A stretch of DNA of 64,000 nt. It comes from a virus. How positions within the stretch are numbered: the stretch's first letter is position 1; every line of letters starts with the position of its first letter. The DNA is taken from positions 10,434 through 74,433 of IMG/VR virus record IMGVR_UViG_3300023493_000006. The stretch is one strand, 5' to 3'. The translations under genes and the position numbers were made by a program. The notes under the pieces were generated by a model, which saw nothing but the letters and a program-made list of their open reading frames with translations, made no database searches and was not told the DNA's origin. This document shows positions 18,460 to 27,735 of this stretch, piece by piece.

Positions 18460-20688
18460 TTAATTATTTAATGCTGATACGTTGTTACCATAGCAATCTT
18501 CTGATAGTTCATAAGATGTGTAAGGTTTTTCTTGGTATGTTCCTATTGCACTATCACTTTTACCCAATGTCCCACTCCAAAGCATATTGTTGTAAAAATG
18601 TTCCTCCATACCAGTACCTTCTTTTGTAAAAGGGCCAAGTTGGATTGATACGCCCTTATTTACTTTTAATATACAGTTAGATACTTCTAAGATTTGGTAA
18701 TAATTAGAACCATCGAAATATCCTCTGTGACACCCCAGTGCTCCTGTTTTCAGCGGTCTGCTGTAGAGTTCATACATTCTATCGGGCGTATCATTTATTA
18801 GCTCACAATTTCTAATAATGTATTTACAATTTTTAGCCATCCCAATTCCTACAGCTTGGTTTTGAGCTGAATATATAATACAATTTTCAATTATACCATT
18901 TTTTTCTGTTTCGTCTGAATAATCAGCGTTGTCAACATGTACGCCATAAGCTCCTATGGTGTAATCATCCCTTCTGTTTTCAACAAAATTAGGTGTACCA
19001 TCATGTGTCGCTTTAATTGTCAAATTTGAAATATAAAAATTGCCACTTGCAAATATAGGTGCATCATCATATCCACCTTTGTCATTCATTATTATGCAAT
19101 CTTTTTTATTAGTGCCAATAAGCGAAATATTTTTATTTTGAATGCTTACTGTTTCGTTGTAAACACCTGGGTATATTTTAATGGTTACAGGGTTCGATTT
19201 AGTAGCGAAAGAAGAAGCGTAGTTAACCGCTTTACCTATTGATGAAAACATTTTTTCGCCTGTTATTGACACTTCAACAATATTTTTACAGTTATTCAAT
19301 CTCTTCCATTCTAACCATGTCGAACCATTATTATATCTAAACCATAAAGTATTATCCGAAGAATTTAAGAAAAATTGGTAGCATCCACCTTTTAACTGTG
19401 TATTTAAGAACGAGAATAAGCATCCACTTAATGTCATACCATACACGGGTAAATTTTTAGTGCATTTTCCGTCTGCGATTTCCGATGTATTAAAGTAGCA
19501 ATAGTAATAGCCTTTTGTAGCGTTGTTTGCATCACTTAGAATTGTTTTATAGGTACTTGAAAAAAGAAAATCCGTTGAACTTTTAAATAATTCTACTGAA
19601 TTATCTAAATACTGAACCCATTTTGGAACGCCCTTTACAAAAATAGCGTTAACATAAGCACTTGTTGTTATTTCTATATCATTATTTATCCATAATACTA
19701 AATAGAAATGGTATGATGGGTACATTTTTCTAATTGAAACCAAATCCGCAGATGTAATATTTTGGTTTCCATTTACAAACGAATTACCGTTCCAGCACCC
19801 TACAGACGTATTGTGTTCGTCATACCCCCATAAATTAAAAACGTAGCCATTTAAAGCAACAACGCATTCAACATCTTCTGCTATATAATTTATGGTTGTA
19901 ATTCGTTGAGATGAATTGCCTTTATCACCATTCCAAATGCCCTTTCTCTCCCACAGTTCCTCACCATTTGCATTTTTTAAGCCTGTGAACGTAGCTATAT
20001 CTTCCTTTAGCGAACCAATAGCTTCTCCCGTTGCTTTTGCTTCTGCAAGCCCACCTTCTATAGTCAATGTAGTGTCTGGCTGTGATACACTCTGGATATC
20101 CTTAATAGCTTGTTCTTTTACGGAATTTACATTTTGAACAGCTTCCGCAGATGTGTTTTTAGTAAGCTCCAAAAGCTGATTTATAACATCTTTTTCTTCC
20201 TGTCCTATCTGTGGTTGATCAATCTCGATACCCTCTAGTATTGGTACTTCCGCTATTGCGGTATTCCATTCAACACTAATATTTGAATCGGAATCCGTTT
20301 TAACAGCGCAAACAATAAAACGTACCGTTCCCATATACCTTGCTGCATTTCTTCCAATCAACCAAGAAAAAGTTACATTTTCGCCATCTACAGCTACATC
20401 ATCACAAATGTATTGGTCTTTGATAGAAACATTAAAATCCACACTGCTTACGTTTTCAAAGTTAATTCTGACTGAAAATTTGGATAAATCAAGATTATCT
20501 CCTACAATTTTTGGACATGAAAATTTAATACGTTCTGCATTCTTGTCAGAATGCACCCCACCAACTACGATTGTAGAGGGCACGAAAATAGCCCTTGTCT
20601 TAGCGTCAATTGTGCATATATCGGATTCTTGAGAAAGCAAATTAACATCTTCTTTTGTGCTCATAAGTAAATCAAGTGCTGTTGCCAT
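18460..20688 (-). CDS. BppU-N-like baseplate/receptor-binding protein with a C-terminal right-handed beta-helix (pectin-lyase-like; candidate depolymerase)
   Basis: N-terminus MATALDLL..DAKTRAIFVP..SDKNAERIKFSCPKIV resembles BppU_N. C-terminus has NCxI/NxxI repeats (IIENCIIYSAQNQAVGIGMAKNCKYIIRNCELIND) typical of beta-helix glycosidases. RBS AGAGGGGG. Confidence 0.55.
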   Translation of the reverse strand: MATALDLLMSTKEDVNLLSQESDICTIDAKTRAIFVPSTIVVGGVHSDKNAERIKFSCPKIVGDNLDLSKFSVRINFENVSSVDFNVSIKDQYICDDVAVDGENVTFSWLIGRNAARYMGTVRFIVCAVKTDSDSNISVEWNTAIAEVPILEGIEIDQPQIGQEEKDVINQLLELTKNTSAEAVQNVNSVKEQAIKDIQSVSQPDTTLTIEGGLAEAKATGEAIGSLKEDIATFTGLKNANGEELWERKGIWNGDKGNSSQRITTINYIAEDVECVVALNGYVFNLWGYDEHNTSVGCWNGNSFVNGNQNITSADLVSIRKMYPSYHFYLVLWINNDIEITTSAYVNAIFVKGVPKWVQYLDNSVELFKSSTDFLFSSTYKTILSDANNATKGYYYCYFNTSEIADGKCTKNLPVYGMTLSGCLFSFLNTQLKGGCYQFFLNSSDNTLWFRYNNGSTWLEWKRLNNCKNIVEVSITGEKMFSSIGKAVNYASSFATKSNPVTIKIYPGVYNETVSIQNKNISLIGTNKKDCIIMNDKGGYDDAPIFASGNFYISNLTIKATHDGTPNFVENRRDDYTIGAYGVHVDNADYSDETEKNGIIENCIIYSAQNQAVGIGMAKNCKYIIRNCELINDTPDRMYELYSRPLKTGALGCHRGYFDGSNYYQILEVSNCILKVNKGVSIQLGPFTKEGTGMEEHFYNNMLWSGTLGKSDSAIGTYQEKPYTSYELSEDCYGNNVSALNN

Positions 20689-20691
20689 GTT

Positions 20692-21009
20692 CTACCCCCT
20701 CTGTGATACTTTAGTTTTACCAGTAGTTATAATGTATTTTCCGTTATCTTTTACGCCAGTGACAGATACCGAAAAATAATCCCAAGTAAGGGCTTCCGGC
20801 GGAATTTCACATTGATTGTTCTTCAGTATTACTGGGTATTCTTTTTCCATTCTCCAAAATGAAGCAGCTATTTTACATCCGTTCCACTCTTGAGAAAAGA
20901 TAAACAATGCTTTAAGATATCCAGTCGTGCCCTTTACCAGCCCAGAGAAATCACACTTGGGATCTGGATAAATTCTTTGATTATTTACAATAAATCTTAA
21001 TACTCTCAT
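20692..21009 (-). CDS. Hypothetical protein (105 aa)
   Basis: ORF. Confidence 0.4.
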   Translation of the reverse strand: MRVLRFIVNNQRIYPDPKCDFSGLVKGTTGYLKALFIFSQEWNGCKIAASFWRMEKEYPVILKNNQCEIPPEALTWDYFSVSVTGVKDNGKYIITTGKTKVSQRG

Positions 21010-21392
21010 GCAATCATCCTTTCCATTCCAACAGGCGAAACGTATGTAAATTGGTTTCCTAAAATATCTCTTGTTGTTCTAATAACAAACTGTCCGTAGT
21101 CTGCTAGAATATTGCATACAAATTCCTCTGCGTCCACCCAATATCGTTTATTAATCATACGGTGAAGCTCTGGCAGTAGACCATAGCTGAACATCACGCA
21201 ATGCCCTAATTCGTGGATAAATACACGGTTCAGAAGTTCTCCATGCAAGTTGCTTGCAATTGAAATTGTCATTGTAGAGTAATCAGATACAGCAAGTGTC
21301 CTTTGCCCTGTACGGTCAATCAAAACATTATCATTGGGAGAAACAAAGCGCACTCTCCATAAGTCCCCATTCATATAGAATTGTTTCAGCAT
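21006..21392 (-). CDS. Putative zinc metallopeptidase (HExxH; ImmA/IrrE- or SprT-like)
   Basis: VFIHELGHCVMFSYG contains the HExxH motif. Confidence 0.5.
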   Translation of the reverse strand: MLKQFYMNGDLWRVRFVSPNDNVLIDRTGQRTLAVSDYSTMTISIASNLHGELLNRVFIHELGHCVMFSYGLLPELHRMINKRYWVDAEEFVCNILADYGQFVIRTTRDILGNQFTYVSPVGMERMIA

Positions 21393-21468
21393 GGTTTCTC
21401 ACCATCCTTTCTACGAAAAAAGCCCCTGCCGCATTTACTTGCGACAAGGACTTAATTCATTTATTGCT

Positions 21469-22101
21469 CTAGTTCATCTGCTGTACAAGTCTGGTCAGGT
21501 CAGTTTTCATTGACTGTCTGAGCGTTGCATCTGCATCAGACCACATTTCCGTGAGATTACGGATAATATCAGATGTGTACTCCTTCATGGAATCATCCAT
21601 TTTTCTTTTGGATTCCGTGTCTTTGGAATCATGATAATGCCTACGATTCTCATCGTATCTATCATAGGATTCGCCATATCTGGACTTCTTCCAATTCATA
21701 TTCATACCATCATTTTCCATATCACTACGATCTGGATGATATCCCATGCGGTACATATTACGTTCAAACTCTGGATTGTTTAAATACTCGTCCATCCAGT
21801 CATCGTCTTCCATGTACAGATATGGCCTATAACCTTTTCTGGTTCCCCTACCTTTTGGAGCGAAACGCCCATTTGAATAGCGGTAACGGTCATATCCCAT
21901 GCGTCCAAGATACTTTTCTTCCTGTTCGCATTCATCCATAGCTTCCACAATGCGATAATCTTTATCAGCGCAAATCGCACATTTTACTGCTTCCATGCAG
22001 TCTTTCAGATCGTCCCAATCTTGAGCACTGAGATTATCAAAGCCATGTGTTTTGGCTTTTTCCATAGCCCATTTTCCCATTTCCATTGCAACTTTATGCA
22101 T
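21469..22101 (-). CDS. Low-complexity R/Y/D/M-rich protein (210 aa)
   Basis: GYDRYRYSNGRFAPKGRGTRKGYRPYLYMEDDDWMDEY... compositionally biased. Confidence 0.45.
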   Translation of the reverse strand: MHKVAMEMGKWAMEKAKTHGFDNLSAQDWDDLKDCMEAVKCAICADKDYRIVEAMDECEQEEKYLGRMGYDRYRYSNGRFAPKGRGTRKGYRPYLYMEDDDWMDEYLNNPEFERNMYRMGYHPDRSDMENDGMNMNWKKSRYGESYDRYDENRRHYHDSKDTESKRKMDDSMKEYTSDIIRNLTEMWSDADATLRQSMKTDLTRLVQQMN

Positions 22102-22541
22102 TACAGTGCCCCCTTTCTAACAGCCTGCGTAACAGGTGCTTCTGTCGTTGGGGCTGTACCATTAATTGCTTTCAAATTGTTGCTCGGACTACAAGCCGGA
22201 TTTCCTAACATCTTGAATACTCCGCCAGTTGCACTTGTAGCTACTCTGGTTGCGTACTTCGTTCTGGTTCTTATTCCACAAGCCGTAATCTGTGCACAGC
22301 AACGATTTTCTAACGGATACAAGGCTGTTCCTGTTCCTATCTGAATCATTACTGGGGCGGTAATTGTAGTGGCTTCTGGTATACTTTGTGCAACAACAAT
22401 ACAATATTTCTCTCCATTGTTGTAACTGCCTGCTGGGAGTGTGATTACAAGATTACCTCCTGTAAACGCAACAGCTTGGCTTATTACAAGACGGTTGCAG
22501 AGCTTACAAACATTTTTACAACTCATATTTCTACCTCTCAA
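22101..22541 (-). CDS. Cys-rich hypothetical protein (146 aa)
   Basis: CKNVCKLCNRL...RCCAQITACG. Nine Cys. Confidence 0.45.
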   Translation of the reverse strand: MRGRNMSCKNVCKLCNRLVISQAVAFTGGNLVITLPAGSYNNGEKYCIVVAQSIPEATTITAPVMIQIGTGTALYPLENRCCAQITACGIRTRTKYATRVATSATGGVFKMLGNPACSPSNNLKAINGTAPTTEAPVTQAVRKGAL

Positions 22542-22605
22542 TCAAAATAAGAGGTGAGCCGCAACCCACCTCTTAGAATTTAGTCAACCTCTAAGGGTGA
22601 GTTAC

Positions 22606-23397
22606 TTAGCAACAACCGTTACCATATGTATTACATCCTGCGTATGCATATGGAGCTGGAACCTGGAATGCAGGAATCGGAGCCGGGTTGATTGCATTGA
22701 TTAATCTCTGAGCCTGTGCGTACATCTCTGTTGTAAGCAATGCAGACTGGCGATCCTGGGATGCAGCACGTTTCAGATCAGAGTTCTCTGCCTGTAATGT
22801 TGCAATCTTATCGTTAGTCAGGAAGTCAAGGATTGCTCTTGTGTTGCTGTTCTGATTTTCCAGAAGATCTCTGGTGTTGTTGTTCATTGTGTTCTGGAGA
22901 GCACAAGTGTTAGTGGCAAGGTTATAATTGATGCCCTGGATTGCTTCTCTTGTTTCGCAGCAACAATTTGCTAACTGAGACTGTAATGCATTGGTATTCT
23001 GCATACCGGCTACAGTATCAGCATTGATTGCCTGCTGAACGCCGTTGAAGCCTTGAAGCATTCCGACATTCATACCATTAAAGCCACTCTGCATGGTATT
23101 GTTAAGAGAATATGTGCTGTCACAGATACCCTGCTGAATACCTCTGATACCATTTTGAATATCATTAAGGGCGAATTCCTCATTAATATCTGAACGGGTA
23201 GCCCATCCTTGGAAGCCGGCACCATTTGTACCATTGCCACCCCAGCCACCAAAGCCGCCGAAACCGCCCCAGCCAAAGATAAGCAATATTATAATCCACC
23301 ATGCCCAGCCACCGCCAAAGCCATAGCCTTCATCTGCACGGTTATTAGAGCCGCTTAATACAGCGACATCGCTTGCTGATAATCCACCATTCATCAT
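22606..23397 (-). CDS. Gly/Trp-rich membrane-anchored protein with a YjcZ-like motif and an N/Q-rich coiled C-terminal domain ending CNTYGNGCC
   Basis: EGYGFGGGWAWWIIILLIFGWGGFGGFGGWGG resembles the YjcZ sporulation-protein motif (GYGGG + TM). RBS AAGGAGG. Confidence 0.5.
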   Translation of the reverse strand: MMNGGLSASDVAVLSGSNNRADEGYGFGGGWAWWIIILLIFGWGGFGGFGGWGGNGTNGAGFQGWATRSDINEEFALNDIQNGIRGIQQGICDSTYSLNNTMQSGFNGMNVGMLQGFNGVQQAINADTVAGMQNTNALQSQLANCCCETREAIQGINYNLATNTCALQNTMNNNTRDLLENQNSNTRAILDFLTNDKIATLQAENSDLKRAASQDRQSALLTTEMYAQAQRLINAINPAPIPAFQVPAPYAYAGCNTYGNGCC

Positions 23398-23474
23398 AGC
23401 GATTACCTCCTTATTGATTTTTGTAATTTATACAAAATCAAAAGACCGCGGCTCTTTTAATTATTGTAGCGAAT

Positions 23475-23714
23475 TTATTTTATTCCAAACTGATTCTTAA
23501 CCTGCGATAACATATCATCAGGATTAATCCCTTTTTCTTGGCAAAGATTTCTTGCAAGTTTTTCAATTCCTGCATTATCACCTTTTTCCATCATGTTAAT
23601 TGCATTGTCAATTACAGGATTATTTCCAGACTGTTGTTTCATCATATTGATTATGGCTTGTTGAGGATTCCCTCCACCACGTATCATCTGCATAAGTTGC
23701 ATTGGATTCATCAT
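23475..23714 (-). CDS. Hypothetical protein (79 aa, M/N/Q-rich)
   Basis: ORF, 4-nt overlap with the upstream gene. Confidence 0.4.
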   Translation of the reverse strand: MMNPMQLMQMIRGGGNPQQAIINMMKQQSGNNPVIDNAINMMEKGDNAGIEKLARNLCQEKGINPDDMLSQVKNQFGIK

Positions 23715-24199
23715 CTCTGTTTACCTCCATTCTGCTTGGGTTCCGGTGTTCCCGACATTTGTGTCGGAAACATACTCTTTATTTCGGAAATCTCAGAACA
23801 AACATCGTTTCGAAGCTGATTAAACATAGCTTCTATGTCAATCGGTTTTTCTTCTGCCTTTGGTTGCTGTTGTTCTTCCGGATTTATAAGTCGGTAAACA
23901 AAAATTCTACTTCTTCCATCTGCCTGTAATTGTTTTCTATATATTTCTGTTCCATCTGTTTTTGGATAATAAACAGGGTTTCCAGACATATCTACGTCTT
24001 TTGCCTTTACAGTATCAATGCCATCTACCATCTGCCCTTGTAACATGGGAATTTGTGGTACTTGTGGCATTGGTTGTTGAATTTGTGCCTGTCCGTATGG
24101 CATTGCCTGCTGATAACTATTCTGCAATTGTGCTAATCTATCTTGATACGGCTGTATTTGTTGAAATGGTTGCGCAAAATACGGATTACCATACTGCAT
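23711..24199 (-). CDS. Q/P-rich low-complexity protein (162 aa)
   Basis: PYGQAQIQQPMPQVPQIPMLQGQ. RBS AAGGGAGG. Confidence 0.45.
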   Translation of the reverse strand: MQYGNPYFAQPFQQIQPYQDRLAQLQNSYQQAMPYGQAQIQQPMPQVPQIPMLQGQMVDGIDTVKAKDVDMSGNPVYYPKTDGTEIYRKQLQADGRSRIFVYRLINPEEQQQPKAEEKPIDIEAMFNQLRNDVCSEISEIKSMFPTQMSGTPEPKQNGGKQR

Positions 24200-24289
24200 A
24201 TCTCAAACCTCCCTTGTTTTTATAACTATATTTTACAATAATAAGAGGTTGATTAACACGCCACGATAACGCCATAAATACGCCACGTT

Positions 24290-24529
24290 TTATGAATACA
24301 AAGAAAAGCCCCGACAATACATCGGGGCGACTTTCATAATTTTCTTCTTTAATTTTCTGTTTATGCGGTCTACTGTTCTTGTGCTGTAGCCCATGATTTC
24401 TGAAGCTTCTGCAAGTGTTTTTTCTTCGTAAACACGCAATCTGAATAACTCTTTTTCTCTGGAATCAAATCCAGCTTCACGCAAATAGAAGATTCTTTCA
24501 TCTTCTGAAAAGTCTTTATAATCATCCAT
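24290..24529 (-). CDS. Small sigma-70 region-4-like HTH protein
   Basis: LAEASEIMGYSTRTVDRINRKLKKKI is a sigma-r4 / LuxR-type HTH. RBS AGGGAGGA. Confidence 0.55.
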   Translation of the reverse strand: MDDYKDFSEDERIFYLREAGFDSREKELFRLRVYEEKTLAEASEIMGYSTRTVDRINRKLKKKIMKVAPMYCRGFSLYS

Positions 24530-24559
24530 TCCACTGTCCTCCCTGTAGTGGAATCAATA

Positions 24560-24871
24560 TTACACCGGGAAAATGCCTTTAAGGGCAAAGCCTAAAACAA
24601 TACCGATTATGCCAGTTATGACATAAGCAATAATTTTGTCCTGTAATTTTCCTGGCTTTTCCATGAGTGCTTTTAAATTGTCGTTCATTTCGTCAACTGT
24701 ATCTTTGATGTGTCCCAGATCGTTGTTGTATAAAGCAATTTTCTGTTCTAGCGCATTGATACGATTAAAAAAGCCTTCATCCCTTTTGGAATGCTTTTCT
24801 TTCATCTCATGGACGGCACTTTCCAATTCTTGCAAGCGGTGTTCGTTGATACACTCGTGTTCACATCCCAT
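24560..24871 (-). CDS. XhlA-like (haemolysin XhlA family) coiled-coil protein with a C-terminal TM
   Basis: Coiled-coil LQELESAVHEMKEKHSKRDEG...LEQKI followed by TM IIAYVITGIIGIVLGFALKGIF. RBS GGAAAGGA. Confidence 0.45.
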   Translation of the reverse strand: MGCEHECINEHRLQELESAVHEMKEKHSKRDEGFFNRINALEQKIALYNNDLGHIKDTVDEMNDNLKALMEKPGKLQDKIIAYVITGIIGIVLGFALKGIFPV

Positions 24872-24979
24872 CGCTATTCCTTTCCATCACTCCCATTTTT
24901 TAAGATATTGCTTCTACCCACCTAACTTGAAGCACCCCTGCGATACGTGGGAGGATTGACGTATCACGCACACACCATC

Positions 24980-25300
24980 TTAGAATCCGATAAATGGAAA
25001 AACACCATGATTTACATAAATTTCAGTTTCGGAAGTCCAATTTCTGTTTACAGAAGATTCGGAATGTGATCCTTGGAATTCAGCTCCCTGTTTCACCAGA
25101 AAGAAAAGAGCCAAATCAAATATGCAATCATAGCAGTTTTCCATATCGGAATTTATTTTTTCATCACTGTAAGATGAAGGATAATTCCTTTTTTTCTTAA
25201 ATGAACGAATAGCCCTCTCTGCCGAAAGAGGAATCATCCTCGCAGTTTCTGCATCATCTTCAAGATAATTTGTCAAATCCTCTATAAGCTGTTCGTCCAT
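24980..25300 (-). CDS. Head-tail connector (gp6-like adaptor)
   Basis: ~106 aa immediately downstream of the capsid gene. Typical size and position. MDEQLIEDLTNYLEDDAETARMIPLSAERAIRSF. Confidence 0.5.
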   Translation of the reverse strand: MDEQLIEDLTNYLEDDAETARMIPLSAERAIRSFKKKRNYPSSYSDEKINSDMENCYDCIFDLALFFLVKQGAEFQGSHSESSVNRNWTSETEIYVNHGVFPFIGF

Positions 25301-25308
25301 TTAATCAC

Positions 25309-25413
25309 CTACCTTTGCTGAGATAAAATCTCTGATATTATTCCAGCCTTATTAGTTGCTGTCAGGGCATAGCCGTTATCACTTGCGAGTTGTCTTAACT
25401 GAGATACAGTCAT
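25309..25413 (-). CDS. Possible tiny ORF (34 aa) with a Rho-N / SAP-like helix-extension-helix motif
   Basis: MTVSQLRQLASDNGYALTATNKAGIISEILSQQR. Below the ORF-track size cut-off. Weak RBS. Confidence 0.25.
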   Translation of the reverse strand: MTVSQLRQLASDNGYALTATNKAGIISEILSQQR

Positions 25414-25508
25414 ATTAGACAACTCGCTTTCTGTATACTTATGTGTTGATTCATCATAAGCACTTGCTACAGATGGTGACTGGCTGTTTTCATCGAGACT
25501 ATGCCCGG

Positions 25509-26546
25509 TTATTCCCCCGCCTTGGTACCGATTACGATACCGCCGTTAGCTTTTGGTGCAACAGGAACAAACATACCGGATGCTTTTGTCCATACTGCAA
25601 CTGGGTCTGGTGTAGCCCACATGGAAAGAGTAACAAAGGAACGATTCTCTTCCTGGATAAACTGTCTGTATTCAAGCTCTTCTGGAGTTACGCCCCAAAG
25701 GCCGGAACCAAAGGAACCATTCGCATTTGCTTCATACAAAGTAAACACATCTTCTTTGAAGTATCTTCCTGTTTTCAAAGTTCCGTCTGCTTTTCTGTAA
25801 CGATATTTTTCATCACAACGATCAATTGTGAATCCGTACTCCTGCATAAGCAGATTTGTAAGCTCCTGTTTTGTCAGAAGACGTTTGTTTGCAGCTCCAA
25901 GAACTGCGGTCTGCATTGCAGTATTGTTCCGCATGTAATTAATCATCTTGAGAGAAGTAAGAGCTTTGTTTACCACATATCCGTTATCTTCTGCAATGGC
26001 TACCATCTTTGAGATATCGCCCATGATATCTGCGTCTGGCTTAGACCAATCAGTAAGTGTTACTTTTGCATCAGATGTAACGCCGTAATCAATGCTCATA
26101 TCCACATGATTTTCCTTAATTTTTACAATACCAGTGGAAAGGAACTGGCCTTTCATTACATTCGCTCTTGCGACTACGCCCTCAAAAAGATTGGCTGCAT
26201 CGTCAAATACAAATTTTTTGAGATTATTGTCATCTGGAACACCATTTTCGATTGCTTGCTGTAATCGCTCAGACTGATTGATTTTTCTCTTGATGAAAAG
26301 TTTCTCGGTCAATACCTTTTCAAATCCAGGTCTGGAACCGATTTCTGCTTCAGTATCAAGTGCATGAACAAAAGCTACCTCTGGCAGTCGCTGTCCAGCC
26401 ATAAGTCTGTAATACTCTGCTTTCAGATACTGTGTTTTTGTATCTGGGAAAATGGTACCAAGGATGCCAGGTCTTTTTACATCAAAACTCTGGGAGAAAT
26501 TAAGTCTCTCTTCCTCTGTGATTGTTTCTAATACATTAAATGGCAT
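25509..26546 (-). CDS. Major capsid protein (lambda gpE-like / HK97 fold)
   Basis: 345 aa following the scaffold and gpD-like genes. Sequence character of Phage_cap_E family. Confidence 0.7.
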   Translation of the reverse strand: MPFNVLETITEEERLNFSQSFDVKRPGILGTIFPDTKTQYLKAEYYRLMAGQRLPEVAFVHALDTEAEIGSRPGFEKVLTEKLFIKRKINQSERLQQAIENGVPDDNNLKKFVFDDAANLFEGVVARANVMKGQFLSTGIVKIKENHVDMSIDYGVTSDAKVTLTDWSKPDADIMGDISKMVAIAEDNGYVVNKALTSLKMINYMRNNTAMQTAVLGAANKRLLTKQELTNLLMQEYGFTIDRCDEKYRYRKADGTLKTGRYFKEDVFTLYEANANGSFGSGLWGVTPEELEYRQFIQEENRSFVTLSMWATPDPVAVWTKASGMFVPVAPKANGGIVIGTKAGE

Positions 26547-26559
26547 TTGTCATACCTCC

Positions 26560-26904
26560 TTAAAATGCTGGGTCTTCTGTGACTACAAAAACAATTCCGG
26601 TTTTTTCAAGCTCTGTTTTTGCAGTAGTGTCAACTGTTACTGGAAGTCTCTTTTCGAGAACACGTCCTGCGACAATCACGGAAATTGGTCTCTTGGTATC
26701 ATCTGTCATATCAACATCTTCAAATACAATGCCGATTGCGCCTGTCGCATTTGTTGGATATACGGAACCTGCTTTAATAATTTTCTTAGTTCCAACTGTT
26801 TCAGCATTTGTCTGGTCTGCTGTGTAGGTTTTAAGTACAAGTCCGACCTCGGATTCGAGAATATTTGGAGTGGACTCATACTGCTCTGTTTTCATAAAAG
26901 CCAT
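26560..26904 (-). CDS. Putative head decoration protein (gpD-like / DUF2190)
   Basis: 114 aa between the scaffold and the E-like capsid gene, as in the lambda D-E arrangement. Confidence 0.35.
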   Translation of the reverse strand: MAFMKTEQYESTPNILESEVGLVLKTYTADQTNAETVGTKKIIKAGSVYPTNATGAIGIVFEDVDMTDDTKRPISVIVAGRVLEKRLPVTVDTTAKTELEKTGIVFVVTEDPAF

Positions 26905-26922
26905 TATTTATATCTCCTTTAC

Positions 26923-27570
26923 TTAAATATTTACAGGGGCGTTATCGTCCGCTGATTTAGTTTCCTGGTTCATTTTTGCTGAGTAAGCTTTTGCAAATTC
27001 AGCAGCATCGCTTTTCACTGTAGGTTTGCCGCCGCTACCACCACCCGGATTCGGAGTGTTTTCTAATGCTTCTTTCTCCCAAGCTGCCTTTGCGGTATCG
27101 AGTGCTGTTTTATTTGCTTCGGAAACTCCCTTAACAAAAGTTTCGACTTCTTTCATTACATCTTCTGGTTTCTCATACGGTGCAGATGCGTATGCTTTAA
27201 TAGCACTCGCGTATGTTTCGGTTGAAAGTCCTGCATTTGCGAACATAGAAGTAATTTCACTGGTAAGGGCTTTTTTGTTGGATTCTGCAAGCGCAGCTTT
27301 CAAATCAGCTAACTCCTTATCCACTGCTTCCTTTTCTTTCTTGCGTTCAGCTTCTAGCCGTTCTGCTTCGGTCATGTTCTGCTTTTTCAACTCTTCCAAC
27401 TCTTTTTCCAGGGAATCTGCTTTTTCAGCTTTTTCCTTCAGAGAAACATTTTTGTCTTTCTCTTTCTTAGTTTCAGCAGAAATAGAATCAAGAAGCTTAG
27501 AAACCTGTTCCTCGGAAGGTTCTGCAACTCCCATACCGATAAGTGCCTGTTTTGCCTGTTCTCTTGTCAT
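26923..27570 (-). CDS. Scaffolding protein
   Basis: Start MTREQAKQ (RBS AAAGGAGA). Highly charged coiled-coil (EKADSLEKELEELKKQNMTEAERLEAERKKEKE) between portal and capsid. Confidence 0.65.
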   Translation of the reverse strand: MTREQAKQALIGMGVAEPSEEQVSKLLDSISAETKKEKDKNVSLKEKAEKADSLEKELEELKKQNMTEAERLEAERKKEKEAVDKELADLKAALAESNKKALTSEITSMFANAGLSTETYASAIKAYASAPYEKPEDVMKEVETFVKGVSEANKTALDTAKAAWEKEALENTPNPGGGSGGKPTVKSDAAEFAKAYSAKMNQETKSADDNAPVNI

Positions 27571-27735
27571 TGAAATCTCCTTTCTTCCAGTCCAATACGC
27601 TTTTTCAACACGGTTCGCTCCGCACATGGTCTGTACCCGATTTACGCTCACGGGCTGTTGCAATTTATTTGATTTTGGGTATTAAAAAAGAAGCCTTAGA
27701 TTTCTCTAAAACTCCTTAAATAATCGAAATTTGGT

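Noticed and set aside
27026-27685. 219-aa plus-strand ORF opposite the scaffold gene
   Set aside because: It is an antisense ORF created by the repetitive E/K-rich scaffold coding sequence
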